Source: a virus
Reading direction: 5' to 3' (one strand)
Virus record (IMG/VR): IMGVR_UViG_3300021959_000011
Location: 64,001 to 128,000 of that record
DNA: 64,000 bases
A program made the position numbers and the translations under genes. Below are positions 18,816-27,031 of this stretch, in pieces (positions within the stretch are counted from its first letter, which is position 1; every line of letters starts with the position of its first letter). A model generated the notes under the pieces. The model made no database searches and was not told where the DNA came from. It saw only the letters and a list, made by a program, of their open reading frames with translations.

Positions 18816-19292
18816 TTATCCTTGGGCCGACATGATAAGAAACACAATTAATGCCAATATTCCTGATAGACAAAGTATTAAAAATATAATTAATAGAAAT
18901 TCAAAAAACTTTTTACGTCTTTCCATTTGTTTATAAATGGTTTCTTCTCTTTCTTTTCGAATATTTCTACGCAACTCTACCATTTCTTTCCACGTACCAT
19001 AACCAAAACGGTTATTCAGTAGTGCCTGTAGGTCTGCCTCTTGTTCTGCGAGTTTCTTTTTATGAATAATTATCTGGAGGGCCTCTTCTTCGACAGAACC
19101 AGAAGAAAAAAGTTTAGTAAATAGTGGGGGATTTTTTCTTTGACTCTCTGCTCGAGTCAAATCTGCTGCAGCACCATACCAACGACCAAGATGACCGGCG
19201 ACTTCTTCCAAGTCTCTTCCGGCCGATACTAATTTACGTATACCATTGTATGCTGTAGTTGCAGCAGTTATTGCTGTTATGGGGTCAATCAT
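18816..19292 (-). CDS. hypothetical protein with C-terminal TM anchor
   Basis: MIDPITAI..., coiled coil, hydrophobic C-terminus; late promoter TATAAATA at 19381-19388. Confidence 0.75.
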   Translation of the reverse strand: MIDPITAITAATTAYNGIRKLVSAGRDLEEVAGHLGRWYGAAADLTRAESQRKNPPLFTKLFSSGSVEEEALQIIIHKKKLAEQEADLQALLNNRFGYGTWKEMVELRRNIRKEREETIYKQMERRKKFFEFLLIIFLILCLSGILALIVFLIMSAQG

Positions 19293-19393
19293 TATTATAC
19301 CTTTTACTTTACACCGTAAATATAAGAAATTTACGTTACATAGTAAATAATGATCTAAGGTTTCAATTCACATTACAAAGTATTTATAATATT

Positions 19394-19678
19394 TTAAAAA
19401 ACTCTACCACTTTCAGTCTCATTAATTAATCTACTCCATATCTTTAATTTGTTTCGTTTATGTTCTTCACGAATTTCCACTTCGTTCCAACTAAACATAT
19501 CCCATTCGTGGGCAAGATTAATCATCGTCATAACATCTCCAAGTTCATCTTGGAATTTTTTTCTGTCGTATTCACCTTTACGAATACATTTGGAACATTC
19601 TTGAATTAATTCGGCACATTCTTCCATAAGAATTACCAAAAGTTCATCTCTAGGGTCTTTGAACTGTTTAATACTCAT
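19394..19678 (-). CDS. MazG-like nucleotide pyrophosphohydrolase
   Basis: LMEECAELIQ..SK...DELGDV (EExxE...ExxD). Confidence 0.8.
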   Translation of the reverse strand: MSIKQFKDPRDELLVILMEECAELIQECSKCIRKGEYDRKKFQDELGDVMTMINLAHEWDMFSWNEVEIREEHKRNKLKIWSRLINETESGRVF

Positions 19679-19868
19679 TTTAGCGACAAATCCATCTTTA
19701 CTAAAACCATAGTACCATCTACCTCTACGGCCACATATGTATCAGATTGTTGTACACCTAATTGTTTAAAAGTTTGGTTTCCAGAAACTGTTAATCTGAT
19801 GTTTGCATCGTCATCAGTTATCCAAGATGTTGTTGTGTTTACTCTATGCATAATATAATCCTATTAAT

Positions 19869-19945
19869 TGGTCGGAGTTAGAGGATTCGAACCTCTGACC
19901 CTCTGCTCCCAAAGCAGATGCGCTACCAGACTGCGCCAAACTCCG
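19869..19945 (-). tRNA. tRNA-Pro(TGG)
   Basis: Full cloverleaf; anticodon arm TCTGC-TTTGGGA-GCAGA, GGTTCGAATCC, encoded CCA. Confidence 0.96.
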
Positions 19946-19952
19946 TTTTATT

Positions 19953-20162
19953 TTAGTTTTCAGAAACTACTTTAATCATTTCATCAAAAAATTTAAAGTA
20001 AAGATTGTCTCCAAGAATATCCATCCAACCATCAATGCACAAATCTGCATCGATAAAGTTCCAATTGAAAGAACCGTTGTTGTTGATATTTTCTGGATTG
20101 TTTGCAGCAACTTCGAACGCATTTTCAAAACCTACCGCAACTTCTGATGATACATAATTCAT
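19953..20162 (-). CDS. hypothetical early protein
   Basis: SD AAAGGA and upstream TTGACA promoter; FNWNFIDADL. Confidence 0.65.
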   Translation of the reverse strand: MNYVSSEVAVGFENAFEVAANNPENINNNGSFNWNFIDADLCIDGWMDILGDNLYFKFFDEMIKVVSEN

Positions 20163-20231
20163 AAGTGATTCCTTTTTTTCTAACTACCCTTATAACATAT
20201 CTGATTCGATACTGATTGTCAAGCGAATAAT

Positions 20232-20458
20232 TAATGTGTAGGTGGGATTTAGGAATACCCACAATTCCAGAATGATACATCCTCTATCAAACTATCTGAA
20301 AAGCCTCATATCAAACTAGTTAGGTCTGAAATCTAGCACTCCCTGTCTCCAGAGTCTACAAGTGTCACTACAACTATGAGCCAAGTTAGGGGCTGTATTA
20401 CCCCCATTTCCTTGCACTACAATCCCTACTCCGTCGAGTTTGGATTTTTTAAACTTAC
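20232..20458 (-). ncRNA. candidate structured non-coding RNA (~225 nt) with its own sigma70 promoter
   Basis: TTGACA(20493)-17-TATACT(20470) upstream; no long ORF; GC-richer than flanks; stems GGGG/CCCT, GTGGG/CCCAC and 5'-GTAGGGATT with 3'-AATCCCACCTAC. Confidence 0.5.
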
Positions 20459-20629
20459 TTGTGAAGTATATCACATTTTATATATTGTGTCAAGTCTTTT
20501 TTAAATTTTAATTAAACCATCCATATGTTAAACACCATAATTCCAAATAAATTTTATGGACACCAAAAACGACTATTGGCATTAAAGGTATCGATAAGAG
20601 CCAAAATAATGGATCTGTTAATATATCTT

Positions 20630-20842
20630 TCATTTCTTTCCTTGGTTAACTTGAACACAAATTCCCTGTGTATCTATGGGAAAGTGTCCATTTGGATTTC
20701 TCCCAATTTCTTCTGCAAGACTTTCTCTTGCCATAAAACAATCATACATGTTTGAAAATTCCCAATAACCTTCTACTCTAGGTTGCTTAACATTGTCTTC
20801 TGGGGTCAGACTAAACACTATGAAAACTAAAACCCATTTCAT
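20630..20842 (-). CDS. small exported cysteine-containing protein
   Basis: MKWVLVFIVF..., F..M.DCF.ARE, GICV. Confidence 0.6.
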   Translation of the reverse strand: MKWVLVFIVFSLTPEDNVKQPRVEGYWEFSNMYDCFMARESLAEEIGRNPNGHFPIDTQGICVQVNQGKK

Positions 20843-21048
20843 TTATCTTTCCTTAGTGACCAACTAGCTGGTGATAATTCTTCCCAAATAAGTGTATCGC
20901 CATCATCCCAACCCATTTGATTCAAGAGGTCAACTGGCAATGGAAGAATTAAATCTTCTCCATCTTGTTCTATCTTAACAGTAAAACTATCTTTACGATT
21001 TACGGCATCATAGTTGGGATAACCTTTTTCAAATACTGGATTGTTCAT
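20839..21048 (-). CDS. AbrB/MazE-like DNA-binding protein
   Basis: VKIEQDGEDLILPLPVDLLNQMGWDDGDTLIW. Confidence 0.75.
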   Translation of the reverse strand: MNNPVFEKGYPNYDAVNRKDSFTVKIEQDGEDLILPLPVDLLNQMGWDDGDTLIWEELSPASWSLRKDK

Positions 21049-21205
21049 TTTCTATTCTTTTCATAATTTCATCTCTACGTTTATCTGTCATTTTTGTCCA
21101 TAACATAATTTCTTCCTGACTTCTACCACAACCAACACATTCCATATGTGTGTGTTTATTCACTAGGTGACATAATTTTATGCATGGACTTTTTAGTTTT
21201 TTCAT
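21029..21205 (-). CDS. DUF1289-family Fe-S protein (58 aa, not in ORF track)
   Basis: SPCIKLC...CVGCGRSQEEIMLW..M....R.EI. Confidence 0.8.
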   Translation of the reverse strand: MKKLKSPCIKLCHLVNKHTHMECVGCGRSQEEIMLWTKMTDKRRDEIMKRIENEQSSI

Positions 21206-21209
21206 TTTA

Positions 21210-21296
21210 TGGTGCCCGCAGCTGGACTTGAACCAGCACAGCGATATCGCCGACAGATTTTAAGTCTGTTGTGTCTACCTATTCCACCATGCGGGC
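21210..21296 (-). tRNA. tRNA-Leu(TAA)
   Basis: Class II cloverleaf; ACAGA-CTTAAAA-TCTGT, long variable arm, GGTTCAAGTCC, CCA. Confidence 0.96.
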
Positions 21297-21304
21297 ATAT
21301 TATT

Positions 21305-21811
21305 TTAATCTGTAATGTACGTAGTATTTACGTATACTCTAATTGTATTACCCATTGGTAGAGTTGTTGGATGTATTGTAATCATTGTACCATTGACATC
21401 AGCAGTCACGATATAGTGACTAATTTTTTCAATAGTGTTATATGTATATTGGGTATAACATGATTGAATTGGACGATATCCTGAGATAACTCTTTGATTA
21501 CCTCTATCCCCTGCAATAACTCCACCAATGATCGCACCGGCGGCTGCACCTTGGTCATTACCTGTGGCACCTTTACCTAGTAATCCGCCAATAATCATAC
21601 CCTGAAGTACATTCGCACCACCATTACCACCTACATTTCCATAAATTGGAGCTTGAGTAGTATTACACACTCTCTCTGGCACTTTCTCCATAAAAGATGT
21701 ATAAACTGGTGACGAACTAAGAATACGTGCATCAACGTATTCCCCTGCATTTACAGGAGTAGTTGCAAATAGGGCGAGACCAACAAAGGTTGACTTCAAA
21801 AACGATTTCAT
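21305..21811 (-). CDS. exported glycine-zipper protein
   Basis: Signal peptide; GMIIGGLLGKG...GAAAGAIIGGVIAG. Confidence 0.8.
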   Translation of the reverse strand: MKSFLKSTFVGLALFATTPVNAGEYVDARILSSSPVYTSFMEKVPERVCNTTQAPIYGNVGGNGGANVLQGMIIGGLLGKGATGNDQGAAAGAIIGGVIAGDRGNQRVISGYRPIQSCYTQYTYNTIEKISHYIVTADVNGTMITIHPTTLPMGNTIRVYVNTTYITD

Positions 21812-21873
21812 TTTTTTCTCCACGTTCATTATGTATATACTATAACAGAAGTATATGTATTTGTCAATACATT

Positions 21874-23166
21874 TTAAATTTTCATAATATAAAAAATTGC
21901 ATAATATGGTGGTCGGTTTTCATGGCCATTTCCACCACCAGCGGAACCAGTAGTACCACTAAAGTTGTGTTGATGGTCTCCAATATGTCCTGTCTGTCCA
22001 GTAATTGTATGAGTATGTGCCCCTGCAGGTCTAATAGTATCTTGCCAATCTTCTAGTAATCTTTCTGCATCATCACTAAATGCACCAACACCATCTTTCT
22101 GACTACCATAATTTCCACGATCATTTGCATAAATTTGGTGTATGTGTTGACCTGCTTGATCTGTTTTTAATGTACCAGCTGTATGAGAATGTCCACCGCC
22201 GGGCCCGGCACTTAATCCACTACCATCGTGAGTATGATTTGGCATCTGGGCATCTGTTAAAGTGACTGATGCAGATCCACCAGTAGTATTTACTGCATAA
22301 CTATCCCCTGCCCCTACAACAAATCTATTTCTCAAATCTGGAGTACCGTTTGCACCATTACATAAGGCCCAACCAGTAGGAATATTAATTTCGGAACCAT
22401 GCCACATAATGATAGAACCGGCCGGCATTAAATTATTTGCAAAGTTAGTAATAGATTCTGTATCTAGATTAGTAACATGTCCTTCACCATCTAATGTAAC
22501 ACCTTGTACAACCACACTAGAAACACTACTTGCATTAGATGTATTTGCATGAGAAATTGTAAGAGTACCAGCAGTATCATTATATGCAGTATTAATACCA
22601 TTACCACCAGAGATTAATGCATTAACTCTATCATCAACTCTTTCATTTGTATGATATAAATTACTACCCTCTGTTAAGTCAGAAGTACTCTTTGATGCAA
22701 GGTCACTATTGAAATCAGAAGAACTATAACTGGTAACACTAATTACACCAGTACTTGAATCATACGTAACATCACCACCAGCTGAAATTGCAGCACGTAC
22801 TCTTGCCGCTGTGTGATACTGATTGGTACTACCTTCTGTTAGATTGTCAGTAGTTGCATTATTAGAATCGTAAACTTCGGAAATAATAGTTGATAACAAA
22901 TCTGCACCAACATTTTTAGTGAGTAAAGTAATTTCTGGTGGCGTTACACCTTGATTAAAATATGCAACATCAAACCAATCGTCATCAGTTGCATTACGCA
23001 TCTTTAAAATATGATTTGTTGTATCATACCACCACATATGTGCAAATGTATTTGGTGGTGTTGATGGATTTGCATTATTAGAAACAATTGCCTGCAAGGC
23101 ATCATTTATTTCTAATCTAAGATCGCTTGCAGTTTGATCCGATAGGACATAATCACTTACTGCCAT
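21874..23166 (-). CDS. tail fibre protein with collar domain
   Basis: T.DLTEG..NLY.T..R repeats; MPAGSIIMWHG..IPTGWALCNG.NGTPDLRNRFVVGAG; HxH repeats; HENRPPYYA; late promoter at 23198-23205. Confidence 0.88.
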   Translation of the reverse strand: MAVSDYVLSDQTASDLRLEINDALQAIVSNNANPSTPPNTFAHMWWYDTTNHILKMRNATDDDWFDVAYFNQGVTPPEITLLTKNVGADLLSTIISEVYDSNNATTDNLTEGSTNQYHTAARVRAAISAGGDVTYDSSTGVISVTSYSSSDFNSDLASKSTSDLTEGSNLYHTNERVDDRVNALISGGNGINTAYNDTAGTLTISHANTSNASSVSSVVVQGVTLDGEGHVTNLDTESITNFANNLMPAGSIIMWHGSEINIPTGWALCNGANGTPDLRNRFVVGAGDSYAVNTTGGSASVTLTDAQMPNHTHDGSGLSAGPGGGHSHTAGTLKTDQAGQHIHQIYANDRGNYGSQKDGVGAFSDDAERLLEDWQDTIRPAGAHTHTITGQTGHIGDHQHNFSGTTGSAGGGNGHENRPPYYAIFYIMKI

Positions 23167-23206
23167 GTTCGTTTCCTCTGTATGATAAGTTTAATACTAT
23201 TTATAC

Positions 23207-23234
23207 AAAAAAGAGGGGCTAACCATGGCCCCTC
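23207..23234 (-). terminator. intrinsic terminator after the porin-like gene
   Basis: GAGGGGC-catggtta-GCCCCTC followed by TTTTTT. Confidence 0.8.
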
Positions 23235-23275
23235 GCGTGTTTATTTAGTAACAACCCTATTAATGTATTAATGTA

Positions 23276-23629
23276 TTAGAATGAGAACGATGCACCAATA
23301 CTAATATCACCAACACCCCAATCTTTATCTGTGGTAGTTTTTCCATATACTTCCATGCCGGATACACTGGCAATTGGTGCAGTAATTTCATATTGCATAG
23401 ATGTAAATTCAATATCTTCTAAATCGATAACATTTGGTCCGACTTCGAATGATGCAACACCTAAATCCCATGTGAAATCTGCTTCATATGTGATGGCATT
23501 GGTTTCTGTTTCTAAGTTTCTTTCTGCGGTAAATTCATTATTAAATGACATTCCATTTCCAAGATCAATCGCAGATGCTGTGCCTGCTGTGGCCAAGATT
23601 AAAGCTGCAGCTGTTAATACGTTTTTCAT
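23276..23629 (-). CDS. small outer-membrane beta-barrel-like protein
   Basis: Signal peptide ending ASA, alternating amphipathic strands, C-terminal aromatic beta-signal (IGASFSF). Confidence 0.7.
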   Translation of the reverse strand: MKNVLTAAALILATAGTASAIDLGNGMSFNNEFTAERNLETETNAITYEADFTWDLGVASFEVGPNVIDLEDIEFTSMQYEITAPIASVSGMEVYGKTTTDKDWGVGDISIGASFSF

Positions 23630-23649
23630 TATAGTTCTTTCTAATTAGA

Positions 23650-23979
23650 GTTAAAGTACGACTACTTCTGTTGCCAAGTGAGCCGCCAACTCCGTTAGAA
23701 TCAAGCTGCGATAGCCATCTCTACAGGTGCAAAATTATCGTTTGCATTTATTATTGTTGACCGAATAACGTAGGTCATCACGGCAATCTACTCTCATCTC
23801 TACACACCTGTCGATCCTAGTTCGCCCCCATCATAAATGCACTAACTTCGACCGCCACTTACGGGCCATCTATGTTCTGCAAAACTTCCTGTTGCAGCAG
23901 GACATAGTGCATTTATGGTGGAGGCGTTGGGTACTGCCCCCAAGTCCAGTATGTATGTTGAATCGTATCAACGACTACA
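23650..23979 (-). ncRNA. ssrA: circularly permuted two-piece (alphaproteobacterial-type) tmRNA
   Basis: Acceptor piece TTGGG-GGCAGTA-CCCAA-CGCCTCC-ACCA (ends 23916), intervening segment, then coding piece GGGGGCGAACTAGGATCGAC (starts 23829) with G3.U70; tag ORF 23745-23701 ANDNFAPVEMAIAA*. Confidence 0.95.
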
Positions 23980-23983
23980 AATA

Positions 23984-24014
23984 TATTTATACACTATACT
24001 CTGTAAAATGTCAA
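23984..24014 (-). promoter_or_regulatory. overlapping sigma70-type and T4 late promoter for ssrA
   Basis: TTGACA-17-TATAAA whose -10 element is part of TATAAATA. Confidence 0.75.
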
Positions 24015-24047
24015 TACATTTCTATATGAAATATAGTGTGTTGTATT

Positions 24048-24260
24048 TTAGTCACTCCAACCATTTCTACTAAGTGCGAATGCACCATAACCAAACATAA
24101 ACAAACCACCAATGGAGCCAATTGCAGTTTGCCATAATGGAATCGGTTCAATATCTACTCCCGACATAATAAGTTCCATTGTGTAATCATCATTACCAAC
24201 AAAACCCAACATAATAAACAATCCACTAAAGCAGATAATTCCATTGATTATATTTTTCAT
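24048..24260 (-). CDS. small two-TM membrane protein
   Basis: Two hydrophobic helices flanking VGNDDY. Confidence 0.65.
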   Translation of the reverse strand: MKNIINGIICFSGLFIMLGFVGNDDYTMELIMSGVDIEPIPLWQTAIGSIGGLFMFGYGAFALSRNGWSD

Positions 24261-24673
24261 AATACGTTATCCTTCCAAAGTTCTACGGTGTATTTGTCTT
24301 GTAACCTGTATGCCTCTTTTTCCCAAGGTTGATCCATGTAAGTAACATCTTGACAATTTCTACCTTTCCAATATTGGACGGCATTTACATCAACTAATTC
24401 CTTACGTGCATATTGTTTGACATGTATCATTTCATGAATAACAGTACAAACTAAATCATAAAGAGTTAAATTTCTCTCTATCTCCAATTCGAACTCATTA
24501 CCATCAAGGTGCAAACAACAACCTTCGATACCTTGTTTTTTACAATCTTTTAATTGAATTTGGATATCTAACGTTCTAAACCGTTTCATATGGTTTCTAA
24601 TAAACCACCCAACAGTCTTTCCGACAACATCTCTCTGAGACTTCAAACCACCAGTGACTTCTACGTAGTTCAT
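24257..24673 (-). CDS. zincin-type metallopeptidase
   Basis: TVIHEMIHVKQY (HExxH) and PWEKEAY. Confidence 0.85.
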   Translation of the reverse strand: MNYVEVTGGLKSQRDVVGKTVGWFIRNHMKRFRTLDIQIQLKDCKKQGIEGCCLHLDGNEFELEIERNLTLYDLVCTVIHEMIHVKQYARKELVDVNAVQYWKGRNCQDVTYMDQPWEKEAYRLQDKYTVELWKDNVL

Positions 24674-24783
24674 AACAAACTCCTATCAATCAAAATATAC
24701 ACATATTATACGATATTGATTGATAGGAGTCAAGCATTCTTTGAAAAAAGAACTCTTTGTAAATCAATGACTTACAAATTATT

Positions 24784-24993
24784 TTACTTTTTATTTACTG
24801 GAGTGTACTGATTTTCTACGTCAAAGGGCTCAGTTTCTAGTATTTTCTTTGCCCTCTTTAATTCATATTGATGATAAGGGTCAGGACTATCTTCCTTGAA
24901 CCTTTTCATTACACCTTTAGCGCGATTTCTTTCATAATATGAATACATTCCAAACGAATCTGCCTCTACAGGATTGTCCGGCCAATCTGACAC
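24784..24993 (-). CDS. hypothetical protein
   Basis: ORF abutting the endolysin stop. Confidence 0.5.
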   Translation of the reverse strand: MSDWPDNPVEADSFGMYSYYERNRAKGVMKRFKEDSPDPYHQYELKRAKKILETEPFDVENQYTPVNKK

Positions 24994-25464
24994 TTAGACA
25001 ATCAGTTCGAAATGTGGGCCATCAATAAATGGTCTACGTCCTTGTGAACGGCGTAAATCAACATATGCATTCATTGCATCTTCTGCAGTACCACTATAAG
25101 AACGAATATCACCTTCTGACCATGCAGCACCCCATTTGACTGCAACACCATGTTCTTCGGCGGCCTGTTTGAATGCATCACAGATATCATCATATACATT
25201 GATTTCCCAGATAACTTCTGATCCATCATAGGCGACAACATCTACTGCGTGAGAATACCCACTATCTTGAATTAAATGTTTAGATTTCATAGTCTGAGAA
25301 CGTCCAGATGCAACCAATCTTTTCTGTTCTTCTAGTTCACGTACTCCATAGGTCACACCAAAATCAACTTTGGTCAATTCAATAGCACGTTCAACGACTG
25401 CGACCATATCTGGATGGACGCCTTCTAATTTACCTTTTGATCTATTTGAAAGTTTAAAAGCCAT
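24994..25464 (-). CDS. M15-family L-Ala-D-Glu peptidase endolysin
   Basis: LEGVHPD, R..EEQ..LV..G.SQTM.SKHL, HAVD, WG..W, DGPHFEL. Confidence 0.92.
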   Translation of the reverse strand: MAFKLSNRSKGKLEGVHPDMVAVVERAIELTKVDFGVTYGVRELEEQKRLVASGRSQTMKSKHLIQDSGYSHAVDVVAYDGSEVIWEINVYDDICDAFKQAAEEHGVAVKWGAAWSEGDIRSYSGTAEDAMNAYVDLRRSQGRRPFIDGPHFELIV

Positions 25465-25524
25465 TATAATATCCTCATTAAGCTCTGTGGCATGTTACCA
25501 CAACATTATTTAGTAATCAATATT

Positions 25525-25707
25525 TTACCCACTTACATAAGTGTCTTTGGGTCTAAACCACACTTTCTGGTGGTGTATTTTTGCCAACAACTCAGTAACT
25601 TTTCGTTTATTATTGTTGTCTAATTCATTCTGGTAATGACGTAGAGCCTTTTCAATATACTCTACGTCACTTACTGTTAGTTTGAATTTTTCATTTGGTT
25701 TATTCAT
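25525..25707 (-). CDS. hypothetical protein
   Basis: 60-aa ORF; TATAAATA at 25713-25720 upstream. Confidence 0.6.
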   Translation of the reverse strand: MNKPNEKFKLTVSDVEYIEKALRHYQNELDNNNKRKVTELLAKIHHQKVWFRPKDTYVSG

Positions 25708-25715
25708 ACTATTAT

Positions 25716-25904
25716 TTATATTGTTGGATCATATTGTTCGCCATTGTAGCCAGGGTAACTCTGACCATCATGCACACCAGAGTTACATCCTACAACAACA
25801 ACAAGTAAAAATAATATAGACCACAACGTTACTCTTTTACTCCAAACCATAAATGCATCAAAAGTTTTTTCTGCCTCTTGTTGTGCCTGTTCTCTAGGAG
25901 TCAT
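25716..25904 (-). CDS. aa3-type cytochrome c oxidase subunit IV-like protein
   Basis: QQEAEKTFDAFMVWSKRVTLWSILFLLVVVVGCNS matches the Q-x-x-TF-x-x-F + TM + NS pattern of Rhodobacter/Paracoccus subunit IV; start moved to ATG 25904. Confidence 0.65.
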   Translation of the reverse strand: MTPREQAQQEAEKTFDAFMVWSKRVTLWSILFLLVVVVGCNSGVHDGQSYPGYNGEQYDPTI

Positions 25905-26073
25905 AAGATATTCCGAAACATGGTATCCAACTCTTATTACAATACTGGGCGTAATCTTCCAACCCAACCATTGCCATAAGTGCCAAGATTGGTACACCAA
26001 CAATCATGAATGCGATAACTGCAAAGGCCTTACCCAAATCTTTAGTTGTACAATAATTAGTTTGTTCACTCAT
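25894..26073 (-). CDS. small single-TM protein, 59 aa (not in ORF track)
   Basis: MSEQTNYCTTKDLGKAFAVIAFMIVGVPILALMAMVGLEDYAQYCNKSWIPCFGISYDS; overlaps both neighbours. Confidence 0.7.
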   Translation of the reverse strand: MSEQTNYCTTKDLGKAFAVIAFMIVGVPILALMAMVGLEDYAQYCNKSWIPCFGISYDS

Positions 26074-26473
26074 TATCAGTTACCCCCATAGTTTGTAAGT
26101 ATGCAATAATATCGGCACGCTTCTGTTCTTTCTTTTCTTTAAAGTTCATTTTAGTACCCTTAACTAATTTCTTCGAATTAGTCAACCAAGCATCCATCAA
26201 TTCTGGTGTCCACTCTGGATTTTCTTCTGCCCACGCAAGAAACTTTTTACTATATCTAAAGTCTGCCTGTGCAGTACCTCTTTGCATGATATTCCAGAGA
26301 TTAGGTCCAGTTTTATTCTTTCCGCCTTCGTCAATACTGTGACATGAGGCACATTTCTTAAAACCCTTTTTACCTTTGTCTGGATTACCTTCCGCCGATG
26401 CGGTTGCGACATATAACATACTTACTAAAAAACCTACAATAAAAGTCCAAATTAAAGCTTTATTCATTTTCAT
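26066..26473 (-). CDS. class I cytochrome c (cytochrome c2-like)
   Basis: Signal/TM; G...KGKK.FKKCASCH, KTGPNL, F.YS, W....D.WL.N.KK.VKGTKM.F, R.DIIAYL. Confidence 0.95.
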   Translation of the reverse strand: MKMNKALIWTFIVGFLVSMLYVATASAEGNPDKGKKGFKKCASCHSIDEGGKNKTGPNLWNIMQRGTAQADFRYSKKFLAWAEENPEWTPELMDAWLTNSKKLVKGTKMNFKEKKEQKRADIIAYLQTMGVTDNE

Positions 26474-26479
26474 TCCTTC

Positions 26480-26665
26480 TCAATTATTTTGGATTTTCCC
26501 TATTTCCAACATACATTTCTTGGCTTCCTCGTGCATACCCATTCTTGCGAGCTCCGCTGCCGCTCTCGCATAACCAACTGTCTGCGTATAACGATCTAGT
26601 GAAGACCACAATCCAGATAACGGTGAAAAGACATAGTTTGCTACTAAAGTTGTCATTAGACCCAC
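26480..26665 (-). CDS. small helical protein next to DUF1127
   Basis: GYARAAAELARMG..EEAK. Confidence 0.65.
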   Translation of the reverse strand: MGLMTTLVANYVFSPLSGLWSSLDRYTQTVGYARAAAELARMGMHEEAKKCMLEIGKIQNN

Positions 26666-26898
26666 CCCTTCAAGTTACCATTTGAATATGTGTACACTCT
26701 TTCTTTTGCTTTATTTTCTTCGACAATATCTCTATAATGAGATTGTGCGACATATTTAATTTCTCCGCGACTAAGACCAATATCATTTAATTCATAATCG
26801 GTTAGTCTAGAGAGTTCTCTGATAGTTTGTTTTCTTGCTACTGATGCTTCATGACGAGATTGCCATGAACCATATAAGTTGATTAATACCCCTAACAT
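26656..26898 (-). CDS. DUF1127-family small protein
   Basis: RKQTIRELSRLTDYELNDIGLSRGEI; start moved to ATG 26898 (SD AAGGA). Confidence 0.9.
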   Translation of the reverse strand: MLGVLINLYGSWQSRHEASVARKQTIRELSRLTDYELNDIGLSRGEIKYVAQSHYRDIVEENKAKERVYTYSNGNLKGWV

Positions 26899-27031
26899 TT
26901 GCGTTTCCTTTCGTGTGATAAATGTGTGTATCATTACGTGAATATATAGTGCAAAAGTATATTTAAGTCAAGGGTTCTGACGGGTTTTTCATATAGAATT
27001 TTTGCATTCCCGCCATGCAAAAAATGCATTA

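Noticed and set aside
20839-21048. Toxin-antitoxin pair around the AbrB/MazE-like gene
   Set aside because: Neighbouring genes (DUF1289 and an exported peptide) do not resemble MazF or PIN toxins.
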